Part shown: one piece after another, positions 50,675 to 60,889 of the stretch
Layout: each line of letters begins with the position of its first letter
Position numbering within the stretch: the stretch's first letter is position 1
Assembly: GCA_963822445.1 (NCBI GenBank)
Contig: CAWGHO010000001.1
Span: 672,001 to 736,000, forward strand
Direction: 5' to 3'
Source: an uncultured Acidobacteriota bacterium
GTDB taxonomy: Bacteria > Acidobacteriota > Thermoanaerobaculia > Gp7-AA8
DNA length: 64,000 nt
Made by a program: the position numbers and the translations under genes
Notes under the pieces: model-generated
What the model was told of the DNA's origin: nothing
Databases searched by the model: none
What the model saw: the letters and a program-made list of their open reading frames with translations, nothing else

Positions 50675-51160
50675 ATGACCCGCGCCATCCACGACGAGAT
50701 CAAACAGACCCGGCCGTTCCGGTCGAAGTCGCAGGAGGCCGCCATCGCCCTGATGCGGACGGCGCATCTCTTCCGGCGGCAGGCGGAAGCGGTCGTGGCC
50801 GCGGAGGACATCACCGGGCAGCAGTACAACGTCCTGCGGATTCTTCGCGGCGCGCGCGGTCCCCTTCCGACCATGGAGATCTCGGCCAGAATGGTCGAGC
50901 CTTCCTGCGGAATCACGCGCCTCATCGCCAGCCTGGAGGAACGCGAGCTGGTCAAGCGCGAGCAATGGGCCGGCGACCGCCGCCAGGTCCTCTGCCAGAT
51001 CACCCCGGCCGGTCTGCGCGTCCTGGAGCGTCTCGAAGAGCCCATGAACCGGCTCGACGATCAGGTCACCGGCACCCTTCCCCCCGAGCACATCGACGCC
51101 CTCCTCGAGGCCCTCGGCGAAATCCGCGAGAGCCTCGAGAAGCACGCGAAGCAGGAGTAA
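50675..51160 (+). CDS. MarR-family transcriptional regulator
   Basis: EIKQTRPF, QYNVLRILRG, ITRLIASLE, DRRQVLCQIT..G. Confidence 0.92.
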   Translation: MTRAIHDEIKQTRPFRSKSQEAAIALMRTAHLFRRQAEAVVAAEDITGQQYNVLRILRGARGPLPTMEISARMVEPSCGITRLIASLEERELVKREQWAGDRRQVLCQITPAGLRVLERLEEPMNRLDDQVTGTLPPEHIDALLEALGEIRESLEKHAKQE

Positions 51161-51231
51161 TCCGCCGAAAAATCGACTCTGTCTGACGTAGACCCTATAT
51201 TTAACGCGTAAACTAATGGAGAGAAACGACC

Positions 51232-51723
51232 ATGACATCCCTCGCTGCTGACCACTACGACAACCTCACCTCCGGCATCGGCTATCGCCTCACCAGGACC
51301 CTTCTGGCAACGGAGAACACCTCGCTGCTCACGATCCTGCGCGTCGCGCTCGGCGTGGTCATCCTGCCGCACGGGCTCCAGAAAACGATCGGCTGGTTCG
51401 GCGGCCATGGCTTCACCGGCACGATGAATGGCTTCACCAGCATGGGCATCCCTGCGATCCTGGCCTTCCTCGTGATTCTTGCCGAGTCGGCGGGCGCCGT
51501 TGCGCTGATCACCGGCTTCACCACGCGCATCGCCGCGTTCGGAATCGGCGCAACGATGGCCGTCGCCGCGTTCATGCACAAGGCCAACGGCTTCTTCATG
51601 AACTGGAGCGGCCAGCAGAAGGGTGAAGGCTTCGAGTTCCACATCCTGGCCGTGGCCATCGCTGTCGTGCTGATGATCGGTGGTGCAGGGCGGTTTTCGT
51701 TGGACCGCGCGATCGCCAAGTGA
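51232..51723 (+). CDS. DoxX family membrane protein
   Basis: LRVALG, HGLQK, NGFFMNW, GEGFEFH, GAGRFSLD. Confidence 0.92.
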   Translation: MTSLAADHYDNLTSGIGYRLTRTLLATENTSLLTILRVALGVVILPHGLQKTIGWFGGHGFTGTMNGFTSMGIPAILAFLVILAESAGAVALITGFTTRIAAFGIGATMAVAAFMHKANGFFMNWSGQQKGEGFEFHILAVAIAVVLMIGGAGRFSLDRAIAK

Positions 51724-51778
51724 CGATTCGGAAGTGGCGGCGACGCGCCGCCGCTTCTCTCCTCTACACTGTCCGCGA

Positions 51779-52213
51779 ATGCGGTCCTTCGCTCACATCT
51801 GCGCGATCGTGTTACTGCTACCGCAAGTGCTGTTGGCGTCGCTGCTAGCACTCGCCGGCTATGTCGCGACCGAGCGCACTGTCTGGAGCATTCTCACGAA
51901 TGCGTGGGCGGTGATGGGCTACGTCTTTGGCTGGCTTGGCCTGGCCGTCGTGATCGGCGGTCTCGGCCTGATCATCGCCGGTTTTACCCGCCGATTCCGC
52001 GTCGTGGCCTCGTGGATCGTCATCGCCATCGCGGCCTACAGCGGGGTTGCACTCTGCAGGCGTATGGGTCTTTCGCTTGCCCTCGAATCCTGGTGGTTCT
52101 TCGTACCGGCACTGGCCGCGATCGGGATTTCCGGCTGGAGTCTGTCACGCGAGAGATCAGAGGTCGATCTCAGGCAAGTGGCCACGGCAAAGCCGACGCC
52201 TTCGCACCAATAG
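51779..52213 (+). CDS. Hypothetical multi-TM protein
   Basis: About 4 hydrophobic helices. Confidence 0.6.
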   Translation: MRSFAHICAIVLLLPQVLLASLLALAGYVATERTVWSILTNAWAVMGYVFGWLGLAVVIGGLGLIIAGFTRRFRVVASWIVIAIAAYSGVALCRRMGLSLALESWWFFVPALAAIGISGWSLSRERSEVDLRQVATAKPTPSHQ

Positions 52214-52754
52214 CTTTGGCTGCCTGCTCGAGCTGTTCTCTGGCGATGGCTGCGGACCGCAACGGTTTGACGTGGGCCTGTCGTGCCCACGCCGACCACG
52301 GTTCCACCACCGTCTCGTGGCGGCCCGACGGGCTGTGAATCTCGCGCGCCCGAGCGAGAAGACGCACTTCGAGCTCTTTGACGGCCTTGCCGGTGCTCGG
52401 CACGCCCGCCTCTGAGTCTTCGATGGAAGCGAGCAGGCGGCGCGCTGCTTCGGAAAGCCCCCGTACCTGCCACGGAGCCTTCTCGGTCGCCACCGCAAGA
52501 AACGCCGGCCACAACTTGCGATGGACCAGCGTGACTTTGCCGGACAGCAGTTTCGAGAACAGCACGTCCGGGTGTTCGGAGAGGCTGGAAAGAACCGCGA
52601 AGATGAGCTGCGCCTTCGGATGGGACCACCACGAGCCTCGCAGCGACTCTCCGGTCAGCAGGCCGACGACGCTCGCGATTTCCTTGTCCTGCACGAGCAG
52701 GAGACCGGCGTCCTCGAGCGAGGCGAGGACGCGTGCCGTTTCCGTTTTACTCAT
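52170..52754 (-). CDS. Hypothetical protein (possibly AlkZ-related winged-helix family)
   Basis: GSWWSHP, KLLSGKVTLVHRKLWP, HSPSGRH. Confidence 0.65.
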   Translation of the reverse strand: MSKTETARVLASLEDAGLLLVQDKEIASVVGLLTGESLRGSWWSHPKAQLIFAVLSSLSEHPDVLFSKLLSGKVTLVHRKLWPAFLAVATEKAPWQVRGLSEAARRLLASIEDSEAGVPSTGKAVKELEVRLLARAREIHSPSGRHETVVEPWSAWARQAHVKPLRSAAIAREQLEQAAKAIGAKASALPWPLA

Positions 52755-52819
52755 GACGTTCGCTGGACTGCGCAACTCGCGTCGCCCCGGAGCGTATTCT
52801 GCTGCGAGGGACCTGGTCG

Positions 52820-53824
52820 ATGGGTTTCCAGGGTCTGTGGCGCCGGCGGGTCGCCGCACTGCTCGAACTGGTCGGCGTCTTCGTCACCGGCACGCTCGTC
52901 GCGCGGATGATCGCTCGAGCCATCGGGCTGCCGAGCGGCGGCCTGCGCGACGCGGAGCCCGGTGCTTCGATCGACTACCTCGCGCTCGCTTTCACGACCG
53001 GAGCAAACCTGCTGCTGCGCTACGGGGTCATCCTCGCGCTGGCCTTCGTCATCGGGTGGCGCTATCGCCGCCAGCGGCTGTCGAATTACGGGGTGACCAC
53101 CGCAGGTCTGCCGGCTCGCGCGCACATCGCGATCGCGGTCGTGCTCTTCGCGGTCGGCGGCTTCCTGCCGAAACTGCTCATCTACCTCAAAGATCACGTG
53201 GCTCTCGGCCAGGGCCCGCGGCACTGGGATCTGATCGGGTCCGCGAATTCGTTCGAATTCTGGGTCTACATGGCTGTGTCGAGCTTCGGACTGGTTCCGA
53301 TCGTCGAGGAGTTGTTCTTCCGCGGCTACGTGCAGACGCGGCTCACCCAGACGTTCGACGCTCCGACGGCGATCGTGATGACGGCGCTGTTGTTCACCCT
53401 CTCGCATCGGCAGTACTTCATCCCCAGTGTCCTCGGCCTGGGCATGCTCCTGGCGCTGTTCATCGCCTCGTTGCTCGCGAGCTACGTTCGCCATCGCTTC
53501 AACTCCCTACTGCCCGGCGTCCTCGCACACGCTCTGGGCAACGTACCGGTTCGAGGTGTGTGGCAGGTGGTACTCCTGGCATTGATGGCCCTGGCCATCG
53601 GCCTTGCGCGAACCGAGATCCTCGCGCACACGCGCGAGCTGGCGGCGCTGATCAGAACGCGTACCGTCGTGACGGGCTCACTCGTCACCGTCGCTGTGGT
53701 CGTCGTGGTTTTGACCATCGCCGCTTTGGGTCGAACACCGCTGCTCGTATTCGGCGCCCTGGCATTGATCGCAGCGGTCGCATTCGCCCGGAACGAGCGG
53801 CAGCACGAGACGACTGTTGGTTGA
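52820..53824 (+). CDS. CPBP (Abi/CAAX) intramembrane metalloprotease
   Basis: EELFFRG, FTLSH, AHALGN. Confidence 0.88.
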   Translation: MGFQGLWRRRVAALLELVGVFVTGTLVARMIARAIGLPSGGLRDAEPGASIDYLALAFTTGANLLLRYGVILALAFVIGWRYRRQRLSNYGVTTAGLPARAHIAIAVVLFAVGGFLPKLLIYLKDHVALGQGPRHWDLIGSANSFEFWVYMAVSSFGLVPIVEELFFRGYVQTRLTQTFDAPTAIVMTALLFTLSHRQYFIPSVLGLGMLLALFIASLLASYVRHRFNSLLPGVLAHALGNVPVRGVWQVVLLALMALAIGLARTEILAHTRELAALIRTRTVVTGSLVTVAVVVVVLTIAALGRTPLLVFGALALIAAVAFARNERQHETTVG

Positions 53825-55357
53825 TTCCACCGGCGGCGGTGGCGGCTCGACGTCCTTCACGAACGCCTTGTAATGCTCGTGCCGATCGAGAATCAGATCG
53901 ACGTAGGCCACCGGCTCGGTTCCACGCGCGAATCCGTACTTCACGACGGGATCGTTGTAGACCGCTCGCGTCGACTTGCGGATCAGCCAGTAGGCGACGT
54001 CGCTCCACTTGTCCGCGTCATCGCCGAATTTCGCCGCGAGCCGCCGCGCATCCTCGACGTGTCCGTAGCCGACGTTGTACGAGGCCAGGATGAACTTGCG
54101 GCGCTCGCTCTCCGGCTCGATCGATTCCCAGCGCTGGTCGAGCTTCCACAGATACCGGCAGGCCCCTTCGATGGCCTGTCGCGGATCGGCGGCATTCACG
54201 CGCAACTCGCGCGCCGTCGCGGGCATGATCTGCATGATGCCCACCGCGCCGGCCCACGATCGCGCCCGCGCGTTGAAGCGCGATTCCTGATACGCCTGCG
54301 ACGCGACCAGGCGCCAATCCCAGCCGGGAATGCGCGCGTATTCCTTGAAGAAATCGTCATACGGCGACAAGCGCCCCGTCTCCGCCGTCAGATACTTGCT
54401 GGCCGCGCGCTGATGAAAGCCGCGGCGGTCCTTGAAGTACTTGCGATACAGAACATTCAGCAGACCGCTCTTTCTCTTCGCCGCGATCCACGTATCGAGC
54501 TGGGCGCGCAACGCAGGCGCGTTCGTCCGGACCGCCCACACCACCTGTTGCGGCGGACCGATGGCCGGCTTCACCAGAAGGTTCGTGTACTCCCCCGCTT
54601 TCAGCGCGGCCACATTCTCCGCGGCCACGGTGTAAGCGATGTCCCCCTCGGACAACTGTTGAATCAGGCGATCGCTGGTCGCGTCGACCTCCACGACCTG
54701 GATGTCCTGCGTCAGCTCGTCGTTCAACTCCAGCAGGCGCGCGTGATACGGCGAGGTCTGCGGAACATGCACCTGCGAGCCGCCGAGCTCCGACGGCTTC
54801 GCCACGAGCTTCGCCCGCACGACCACGCCCTGCGGGTCGGACGTCTCCCGCCGCTCCCGAGCCTGGGCCTTGTTCACGTCGGCGGACGGTGTCGCGGGCG
54901 TTCCTTTCCGCTGCACGACCACCGGCGCGGTCTCGTACAAACCGCTGGTGAACGCGACGCGAGTCTCCTTCGATCCGGGCGTGATCTGCGCCGCGACGAC
55001 GTCGCCCTCACCCGCGTTCAGCTTGTCGAACAGCTCCCGGCTGTCCCGCACCACGACCGGCTTCATCTTCAGTTTGTTGTCTCTGGCGAAGGTGTTGAGG
55101 AGCTCGAACTCGTAGCCCATCGTCGCGCCGCGGTAGACGAAGTAGCCGGTGGAGTTGAAGGTGAAGAGGACCCGCAGCTCCTTCGATTCGGCGATCTGCG
55201 CGAGGTCCCGCGCGACCGGTGCAATCGGCGGGGGCGCGGGCGGCGGTGCTTCGAGGCTCTTGGTCCTGGTCTCTTCCCGCTTCGGCTCAGGGGACGGCGG
55301 TGGGGTGGTTTCGTTCCGTTGACCGCAGGCCACGACGAGCAGCGCGGCGATGACCAT
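53678..55357 (-). CDS. mltF: MltF-like lipoprotein: substrate-binding domain + SLT lytic transglycosylase
   Basis: Lipobox VVAC, GYEFEL, DWRL...YQESRF, GAVGIMQIMP, ASYNVGYGHVEDA, ARGTEPV. Confidence 0.85.
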   Translation of the reverse strand: MVIAALLVVACGQRNETTPPPSPEPKREETRTKSLEAPPPAPPPIAPVARDLAQIAESKELRVLFTFNSTGYFVYRGATMGYEFELLNTFARDNKLKMKPVVVRDSRELFDKLNAGEGDVVAAQITPGSKETRVAFTSGLYETAPVVVQRKGTPATPSADVNKAQARERRETSDPQGVVVRAKLVAKPSELGGSQVHVPQTSPYHARLLELNDELTQDIQVVEVDATSDRLIQQLSEGDIAYTVAAENVAALKAGEYTNLLVKPAIGPPQQVVWAVRTNAPALRAQLDTWIAAKRKSGLLNVLYRKYFKDRRGFHQRAASKYLTAETGRLSPYDDFFKEYARIPGWDWRLVASQAYQESRFNARARSWAGAVGIMQIMPATARELRVNAADPRQAIEGACRYLWKLDQRWESIEPESERRKFILASYNVGYGHVEDARRLAAKFGDDADKWSDVAYWLIRKSTRAVYNDPVVKYGFARGTEPVAYVDLILDRHEHYKAFVKDVEPPPPPVESTNSRLVLPLVPGECDRCDQCQGAEYEQRCSTQSGDGQNHDDHSDGDE

Positions 55358-55432
55358 CCCCCGAATCACGAGCCGGTTTCTCTGCACGACCGGCTCCAAT
55401 CGACGCGACACGTGCTGTTACGATGGCGTCCA

Positions 55433-56467
55433 GTGGCCGGCCGCGCGCGCAAACAGTTCGAGTGGGAAGACCTCCCCGACGCCCAGCTCCTCGACATCCG
55501 CCTCCGCGACCTCGGCGTCCGCATCGAAGGCACCTGGATCGAGGCCTGTCTCAGCGATCTTTACGAAGACCTGGAGCGCCGCGATCTCCCCTTCCGCCCG
55601 CACGCGTGGCTCTCCGGCGACTGGTTCGTGCCCGATCGCGTTCCAGGCATTGCCATCCCCTTCTACCTCGCTCATCCGCGGCTGATGAAGCTCGAGCGCA
55701 AGCAGATGCTGGAAGTGGAAGGGGGCACCGCCGCGGAGATGATGAAGATCCTCCGCCACGAATGCGGCCACGCGCTCGACAACGCGTACGGCACCACGCG
55801 CGATCCGCGGCGCCGCGAGCTGTTCGGCGATCCGTCGAAGCGCTATCCCGAGCACTACCGCCCCAACCCCGCCAGCCGCCGCTACGTGCAGCATCTCCGG
55901 CTTTACTACGCGCAGAGCCATCCTCTCGAGGATTTCGCGGAGACGTTCGCGGTGATCATCGCCTCACGCGGCGGAGGATGGCGCAGGCGTTACGCGGAAT
56001 GGCCGGCGCTGAAAAAACTCGAGTATGTCGACGCGCTGCTCGACGAGTTGCGCGGCCAGCCGCAGAAACATCGCAGCCGGGAGAAGCCCGATTCGCTCCC
56101 GACGCTGGGCATGACCCTGCGCGAGTACTACGCCGACAAGCGCGGCCGCTATCTGGTCAGCTATCCCGACATCTACGATCGCGATCTGCGGCGGCTCTTC
56201 TCCGACGATCCGAAACATCAGCGGCGCGAGCTGGCGTCGCGGTTCCTCCGCCGCAATCGCACCGAGATCCGCAGCCTCGTCGCGAACTGGACCGGCGAGT
56301 ACCAGTTCACATTGGAACAGGTGCTGAAGGACATGATCGGCCGCAGCCGCGAGTTGAAGTTGCGTGCGGCCGGGCCGGAGCGCCGTCTGAAGATGGAGTT
56401 CGCGGTCCTGCTCACAGTCAAGACGATGGATTTTCATTACAGTCGCCGGAACTGGTTCGCGCTCTGA
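55433..56467 (+). CDS. Putative zinc-binding metallopeptidase
   Basis: LRHECGHA, YAQSHPLEDFAETFA. Confidence 0.82.
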   Translation: MAGRARKQFEWEDLPDAQLLDIRLRDLGVRIEGTWIEACLSDLYEDLERRDLPFRPHAWLSGDWFVPDRVPGIAIPFYLAHPRLMKLERKQMLEVEGGTAAEMMKILRHECGHALDNAYGTTRDPRRRELFGDPSKRYPEHYRPNPASRRYVQHLRLYYAQSHPLEDFAETFAVIIASRGGGWRRRYAEWPALKKLEYVDALLDELRGQPQKHRSREKPDSLPTLGMTLREYYADKRGRYLVSYPDIYDRDLRRLFSDDPKHQRRELASRFLRRNRTEIRSLVANWTGEYQFTLEQVLKDMIGRSRELKLRAAGPERRLKMEFAVLLTVKTMDFHYSRRNWFAL

Positions 56468-56471
56468 AGCA

Positions 56472-57494
56472 ATGAAGCGGAAATTACGCGTCGTCGTCCT
56501 CATGCATCCGTCGATGGTCCCGCCCGACAATCCGGAGGACTACTCCGAGCAGGAGCGGTACGAGTGGAAGACGGAGTACGACGTCGTGACCACGCTCCGA
56601 GAGCTCAAACACGAAGTCCGCCCGCTGGGCGTGGCCGACGAGCTGACGCCGATCCGCAAGACGATCGAGGAGTGGAAGCCGGACATCGTCTTCAATCTGC
56701 TCGAGGAGTTTCTCGGACGGCAGGACTTCGATCATCACGTGGTCAGCTTCCTCGAGCTGATGCAGGTGGCGTACACCGGTTGCCATCCGCGCGGCCTGAT
56801 GCTCGCCCGCGACAAGGCCCTCTCCAAGAAGCTCCTCGCCTATCACCACCTGATGGTTCCCCGGTTCGCCGTCTTTCCCCGCGGCAAACGCGTGCAGCGC
56901 ACGAAGGGGCTCGAGTTTCCGCTGATCGTGAAGAGCCTCGTACACGAGGCCTCGCTGGGAATCTCGCAGGCGTCGCTCGTCGACAACGACGAGAAGCTTC
57001 GCGAGCGCGTGGCCTTCATTCATCAGCGGCATCACTCCGACGCCATCGCCGAGCAGTTCATCGACGGCCGCGAGTTCTACGTCGGCATCATCGGCAACAA
57101 CCGCCTGGAGATCCTGCCGGTCTGGGAACTGGTCTTCGAGAACATGCCCGAGGGCTCGGCGTCGATCGCGACCGCGCACGTGAAGCACAACACGGAGTAT
57201 CAGCGCCGCCGCGGGATCTACCAGCAGCACGCCGACGACCTCGCGCCCGCGCTGCGCGATCACATCATCCGCACCAGCCGCCGCATCGCGCGCATCCTCG
57301 ACCTCGACGGCTACAACCGCATCGATTACCGCCTCAGCGCCGACGGGAAGCTGTACTTCCTCGAAGCCAACCCCAATCCCGACATCGCCCGCAGCGAGGA
57401 GTACGCGTCGGCCGCCGAAGAGGCGGGGATGAGCTACCCGGCTCTGATTCAGCGGATCGTGGAGCTGGGATTGAAGCGCGCCGCGGGGCGGTGA
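56472..57494 (+). CDS. D-Ala-D-Ala ligase-like ATP-grasp enzyme
   Basis: VFNLLEE, DKALSK, EQFIDGRE, RIDYRL, LEANPNP. Confidence 0.88.
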   Translation: MKRKLRVVVLMHPSMVPPDNPEDYSEQERYEWKTEYDVVTTLRELKHEVRPLGVADELTPIRKTIEEWKPDIVFNLLEEFLGRQDFDHHVVSFLELMQVAYTGCHPRGLMLARDKALSKKLLAYHHLMVPRFAVFPRGKRVQRTKGLEFPLIVKSLVHEASLGISQASLVDNDEKLRERVAFIHQRHHSDAIAEQFIDGREFYVGIIGNNRLEILPVWELVFENMPEGSASIATAHVKHNTEYQRRRGIYQQHADDLAPALRDHIIRTSRRIARILDLDGYNRIDYRLSADGKLYFLEANPNPDIARSEEYASAAEEAGMSYPALIQRIVELGLKRAAGR

Positions 57495-57495
57495 G

Positions 57496-58551
57496 CTACT
57501 TCACGCCGTTCCGCAACTCCTCCACGTGCACGGCCTTGATCACCGTCAGCGTCGCATCGGTGAAGGTCAGCGGAGCCAGTCCCAACACCGCCCGAGCCTC
57601 GCCCAACGCAGTCCGGAGGGCGATGATGTGCTGGGCACGAACGATGGCTCCCGCGGCGATCGTGCCGTCCGCGCTCATCGAGGACATGCCTGCCGAAGCG
57701 CGCATGGCGTTGACGGCGGTTCGCAACTCCGTGATGTGAACGAGCTTCACCACGGTGCTCCCGGCGACGAGCGGATCGTCGGTGAACACCACCGTCGTGG
57801 CCGCGTCGACGTTGCTGAATCCCTCCGACGTGTTTGCTTTGACCTTGTAGAGATAGGTCGTGTTCGCCGAGACGCTGGTGTCTGAGAACGAAGTCGCCGT
57901 GGGCGTTGCGATCGATGAATACGCGCTGCCGTTGAAGCTGCGCCAGACTTCATAAGAGCTCGCGCCGGCGAGCGCGCTCCAGGTGAGATTCACCTGCGAC
58001 GTGCCGGCCGCGGTGGCGACGAGGTTCGTGGGCGCCGGACCGGTGATGGTCACACTCCCGTTCACGAGCGCGAGATTTCCCGCGGCGACCGTCTCCTGTA
58101 CGGAACCGGTTTGATTCGAAAGGACGGCGCTCGGCGGATCGAATCGCAAAGAGGTCGTGCTGGTCGCGGTGACAGTCAGCGTCCCGATCGGATTGCCGGG
58201 AGCAATGGTGTTGAGATCGAGCGTGAGCGGCTGGCTGAACGACACCACCACCGAGATCCAGCCGTCGCCCTGCAGCGTGCTTTCGAAGAACACCGGCGTC
58301 GAGGCAGCGATGCCGGCGCGCGCGAACGTCACCGACGTCACGGCGTCGTCGTCGAACATCACCTTGAAGGCGAAGCCGCGGATCGCGGTGGCGTCGTTGC
58401 CGAGGGGTGTGCCGCTGCGATCGAGGATGGAGATCGGAACCTGGGCCGAAGCGCCGGTCGCCGCGCTCCCCGTGCCGATGGTCAGGACATCCTGCGCGCT
58501 CGCCGAAAAAGCGGACAGGAGCAATGCGAGGGCAACCGGGAGCGGACGCAT
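57496..58551 (-). CDS. Secreted cohesin-like + fibronectin type III protein with a duplicated helical C-terminal motif
   Basis: Signal peptide; LTIG....G...VPI.I...GF.F...FD (cohesin-like); PAPTNLVAT...NLTW...YEVWRS...Y.YKVKA (FN3). Confidence 0.75.
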   Translation of the reverse strand: MRPLPVALALLLSAFSASAQDVLTIGTGSAATGASAQVPISILDRSGTPLGNDATAIRGFAFKVMFDDDAVTSVTFARAGIAASTPVFFESTLQGDGWISVVVSFSQPLTLDLNTIAPGNPIGTLTVTATSTTSLRFDPPSAVLSNQTGSVQETVAAGNLALVNGSVTITGPAPTNLVATAAGTSQVNLTWSALAGASSYEVWRSFNGSAYSSIATPTATSFSDTSVSANTTYLYKVKANTSEGFSNVDAATTVVFTDDPLVAGSTVVKLVHITELRTAVNAMRASAGMSSMSADGTIAAGAIVRAQHIIALRTALGEARAVLGLAPLTFTDATLTVIKAVHVEELRNGVK

Positions 58552-58616
58552 GGTCTGGCTGCAGGCGGCAGCAAGGCGTGTGCCTCGTGGCAGATCGTTT
58601 GCTGCGCTTCCGGCCC

Positions 58617-59870
58617 ATGCGCCGGACTTTTCTCACCGCCATCCTCTGCATCGCCATCCCCCTCGGAGCGGCCACCCTTCCCGCGGGATTCAGCGAGACC
58701 GTCATCTCCGGCCTGGCCAGCCCCACGGCGATGGCCATGGCCCCGGACGGGCGCATCTTCGTTTGTCAGCAGGCCGGCGCGCTGCGGGTGATCAAGAACA
58801 ACGCCCTCCTGTCCACGCCGTTCGTGACGATTACCGTCAACGCATTCGGCGAACGAGGGCTCCTCGGCATCGCCATCGATCCCGATTTCCTCACCAACAA
58901 CTTCGTTTACGTTTACTACACCGCCAACACGCCGAACGTTCACAACCGCATCAGCCGCTTCACCGCGGCGGGCGACGTCGCGGTGCCGGGCAGCGAAGTG
59001 ATCGTGCTGGAACTGGAGGATATCGACGCCAGCAATCACAACGGCGGCGGGCTTCACTTCGGCACCGACGGCAAGTTGTACGCGGCGGTCGGCGAGAACG
59101 CGGTCCCGTCGCATTCACAGACGCTGACCAACAAGCTCGGCAAAGTCCTGCGCATCAACAAGGACGGCTCGATCCCCACCGACAATCCGTTTTACGGCGC
59201 GACGACCGGAACCAATCGCTCGATATGGGCTCTCGGGCTCCGCAATCCGTTCACGTTCGGCGTCCATCCGAACAGCGGCCGCATCTTCATCAATGACGTC
59301 GGCGCGGCCACATTCGAGGAAATCAACGACGGCGCTGCCGGGGCGAACTACGGCTGGCCGGACACGGAAGGGCCGACCTCGAATCCGAGCTACGTCTCAC
59401 CGCTTCACTACTACGCGAACGATGCTTCGACTTGTGCGATCGCCGGCGGTACGTTCTACGCGCCCGAGGTGCGGCAGTTTCCTTCGACCCACGTCGAGTC
59501 GTATTTCTTCGCCGATCTCTGCGGCGGATGGATCCGCAGACTGGATGAAGCGGCGCAATCGAACGACTTCGCCACCGGCATCTCGCTTCCCGTCGATCTG
59601 CTCGCCGGACATGACGGCAGCCTTTACTACCTCGCCCGTGGTTCGGGCGCGGTGGTGCGCGTGCGCTGGGATCGCCATCTCGAAGGGGACGTGAACGGCG
59701 ACGGGTCGACCAATGCCGCGGACGTCTTCTACTTCATCAATTTCTTCCACGGCGGAGGCGCGGCGCCCGCGGCAGGAAGCGGCGACGTCGACGGAAACGG
59801 CCAGGTCAACGCGGCCGACCTCACCTACCTCGTCGCGTACGTTTACGGACGCGGGCCGACGCCGATCTGA
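58617..59870 (+). CDS. PQQ-dependent sugar dehydrogenase (GSDH beta-propeller) with C-terminal dockerin
   Basis: [23 protein letters not shown]; GDVNGDG..NAAD and GDVDGNG.VNAAD. Confidence 0.88.
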   Translation: MRRTFLTAILCIAIPLGAATLPAGFSETVISGLASPTAMAMAPDGRIFVCQQAGALRVIKNNALLSTPFVTITVNAFGERGLLGIAIDPDFLTNNFVYVYYTANTPNVHNRISRFTAAGDVAVPGSEVIVLELEDIDASNHNGGGLHFGTDGKLYAAVGENAVPSHSQTLTNKLGKVLRINKDGSIPTDNPFYGATTGTNRSIWALGLRNPFTFGVHPNSGRIFINDVGAATFEEINDGAAGANYGWPDTEGPTSNPSYVSPLHYYANDASTCAIAGGTFYAPEVRQFPSTHVESYFFADLCGGWIRRLDEAAQSNDFATGISLPVDLLAGHDGSLYYLARGSGAVVRVRWDRHLEGDVNGDGSTNAADVFYFINFFHGGGAAPAAGSGDVDGNGQVNAADLTYLVAYVYGRGPTPI

Positions 59871-60889
59871 GTGAGCTCCGTCGCGATCCGCGCGAGCATC
59901 GCCACCCGCTCCCCCAGCGACGCGAACCGCGGATCATCGGTCTGCTTGCGCACGAACCGCGCGTAGATCTGCTGGATGACCACCGCCAGCTTGAACACCG
60001 CGAAGACCTCGTAAACCGCGATGTTGTCGAGTGACTGCCCCGAGCGCTGCGCGTAACGATCGAGGATCTCCTCGCGATCGAACCAGTCCCGCCGCTTCGT
60101 GACGCTGGGGATGGCGTCGTGGCCGACCGCGGCGTGAATCCAGTAGCAAAGCAGGATGCCGACATCGACCAGCGGATCGCCGATCGCGCTCATCTCCCAG
60201 TCGAACACTCCGACGAGGCGCGTCGGATCGCTTACATCGAGCATCACGTTGTCGAGCTTGTAGTCGCCATGCACGAGCGTCGGCCGCGCGGGATCGTCCG
60301 GAATCCGCGACTCCAGCCAGGCCGCGAGCGCCTCCATCTCCGGCACGTCGCTGGTCTTCGAGCCATGCCAGCGCTCCGTCCAGCCGCGGATCTGCCGCGC
60401 GACGAAGCCCGCTGGTTTGCCGAGGGCGTCGAGTCCGTGCGAAGAAATGTCGATGGCGTGCAGATCGGCGAGCGTGTCGATGACGCTTCCGCTGATCGCA
60501 CCGCGCAAGGGCTCGATGCCGGGCGGCTCGTCGGCGCGGATGACGATGCCGCGGCGTCGCTCCATCACGTAAAAAACGCTGCCGATGATCGACGTGTCCG
60601 CGCAAAGCAGGTACGGCTTCGGCGCGAGAGGAAAGTGCGGATGCACGGCCTGCAGCACGCGGCACTCGCGAGCCATGTCGTGCGCGCGCGGCGGAACAGG
60701 ACCGAACGGCGGCCGGCGCAGGACCATCTCCTGATCGCCGAACGCGATGTCGTAGGTGAGGTTCGAATGGCCGCCCGGGAACTGCGTGACGGTCATCTCG
60801 CCGGTGACGCCGAGCTCTTCTCGCAGATACGCGGCCAGCTTTTCCCAGTCGAGCTGCTCGCTCTCTCGGACAGGGCGGGTGTCGTTCAT
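59843..60889 (-). CDS. APH/ACAD10-type phosphotransferase family protein
   Basis: [32 protein letters not shown]. Confidence 0.92.
   Translation of the reverse strand: MNDTRPVRESEQLDWEKLAAYLREELGVTGEMTVTQFPGGHSNLTYDIAFGDQEMVLRRPPFGPVPPRAHDMARECRVLQAVHPHFPLAPKPYLLCADTSIIGSVFYVMERRRGIVIRADEPPGIEPLRGAISGSVIDTLADLHAIDISSHGLDALGKPAGFVARQIRGWTERWHGSKTSDVPEMEALAAWLESRIPDDPARPTLVHGDYKLDNVMLDVSDPTRLVGVFDWEMSAIGDPLVDVGILLCYWIHAAVGHDAIPSVTKRRDWFDREEILDRYAQRSGQSLDNIAVYEVFAVFKLAVVIQQIYARFVRKQTDDPRFASLGERVAMLARIATELTQIGVGPRP

Noticed and set aside
53678-53824. 147-bp convergent overlap of the MltF-like and CPBP genes
   Set aside because: The tail after the poly-Pro stretch looks non-conserved; most simply stop-codon drift or an indel error.
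53873-55432. Long N-terminal extension of the 864-aa ORF
   Set aside because: Antisense to the MltF-like gene; the peptidase plausibly starts near 55433.
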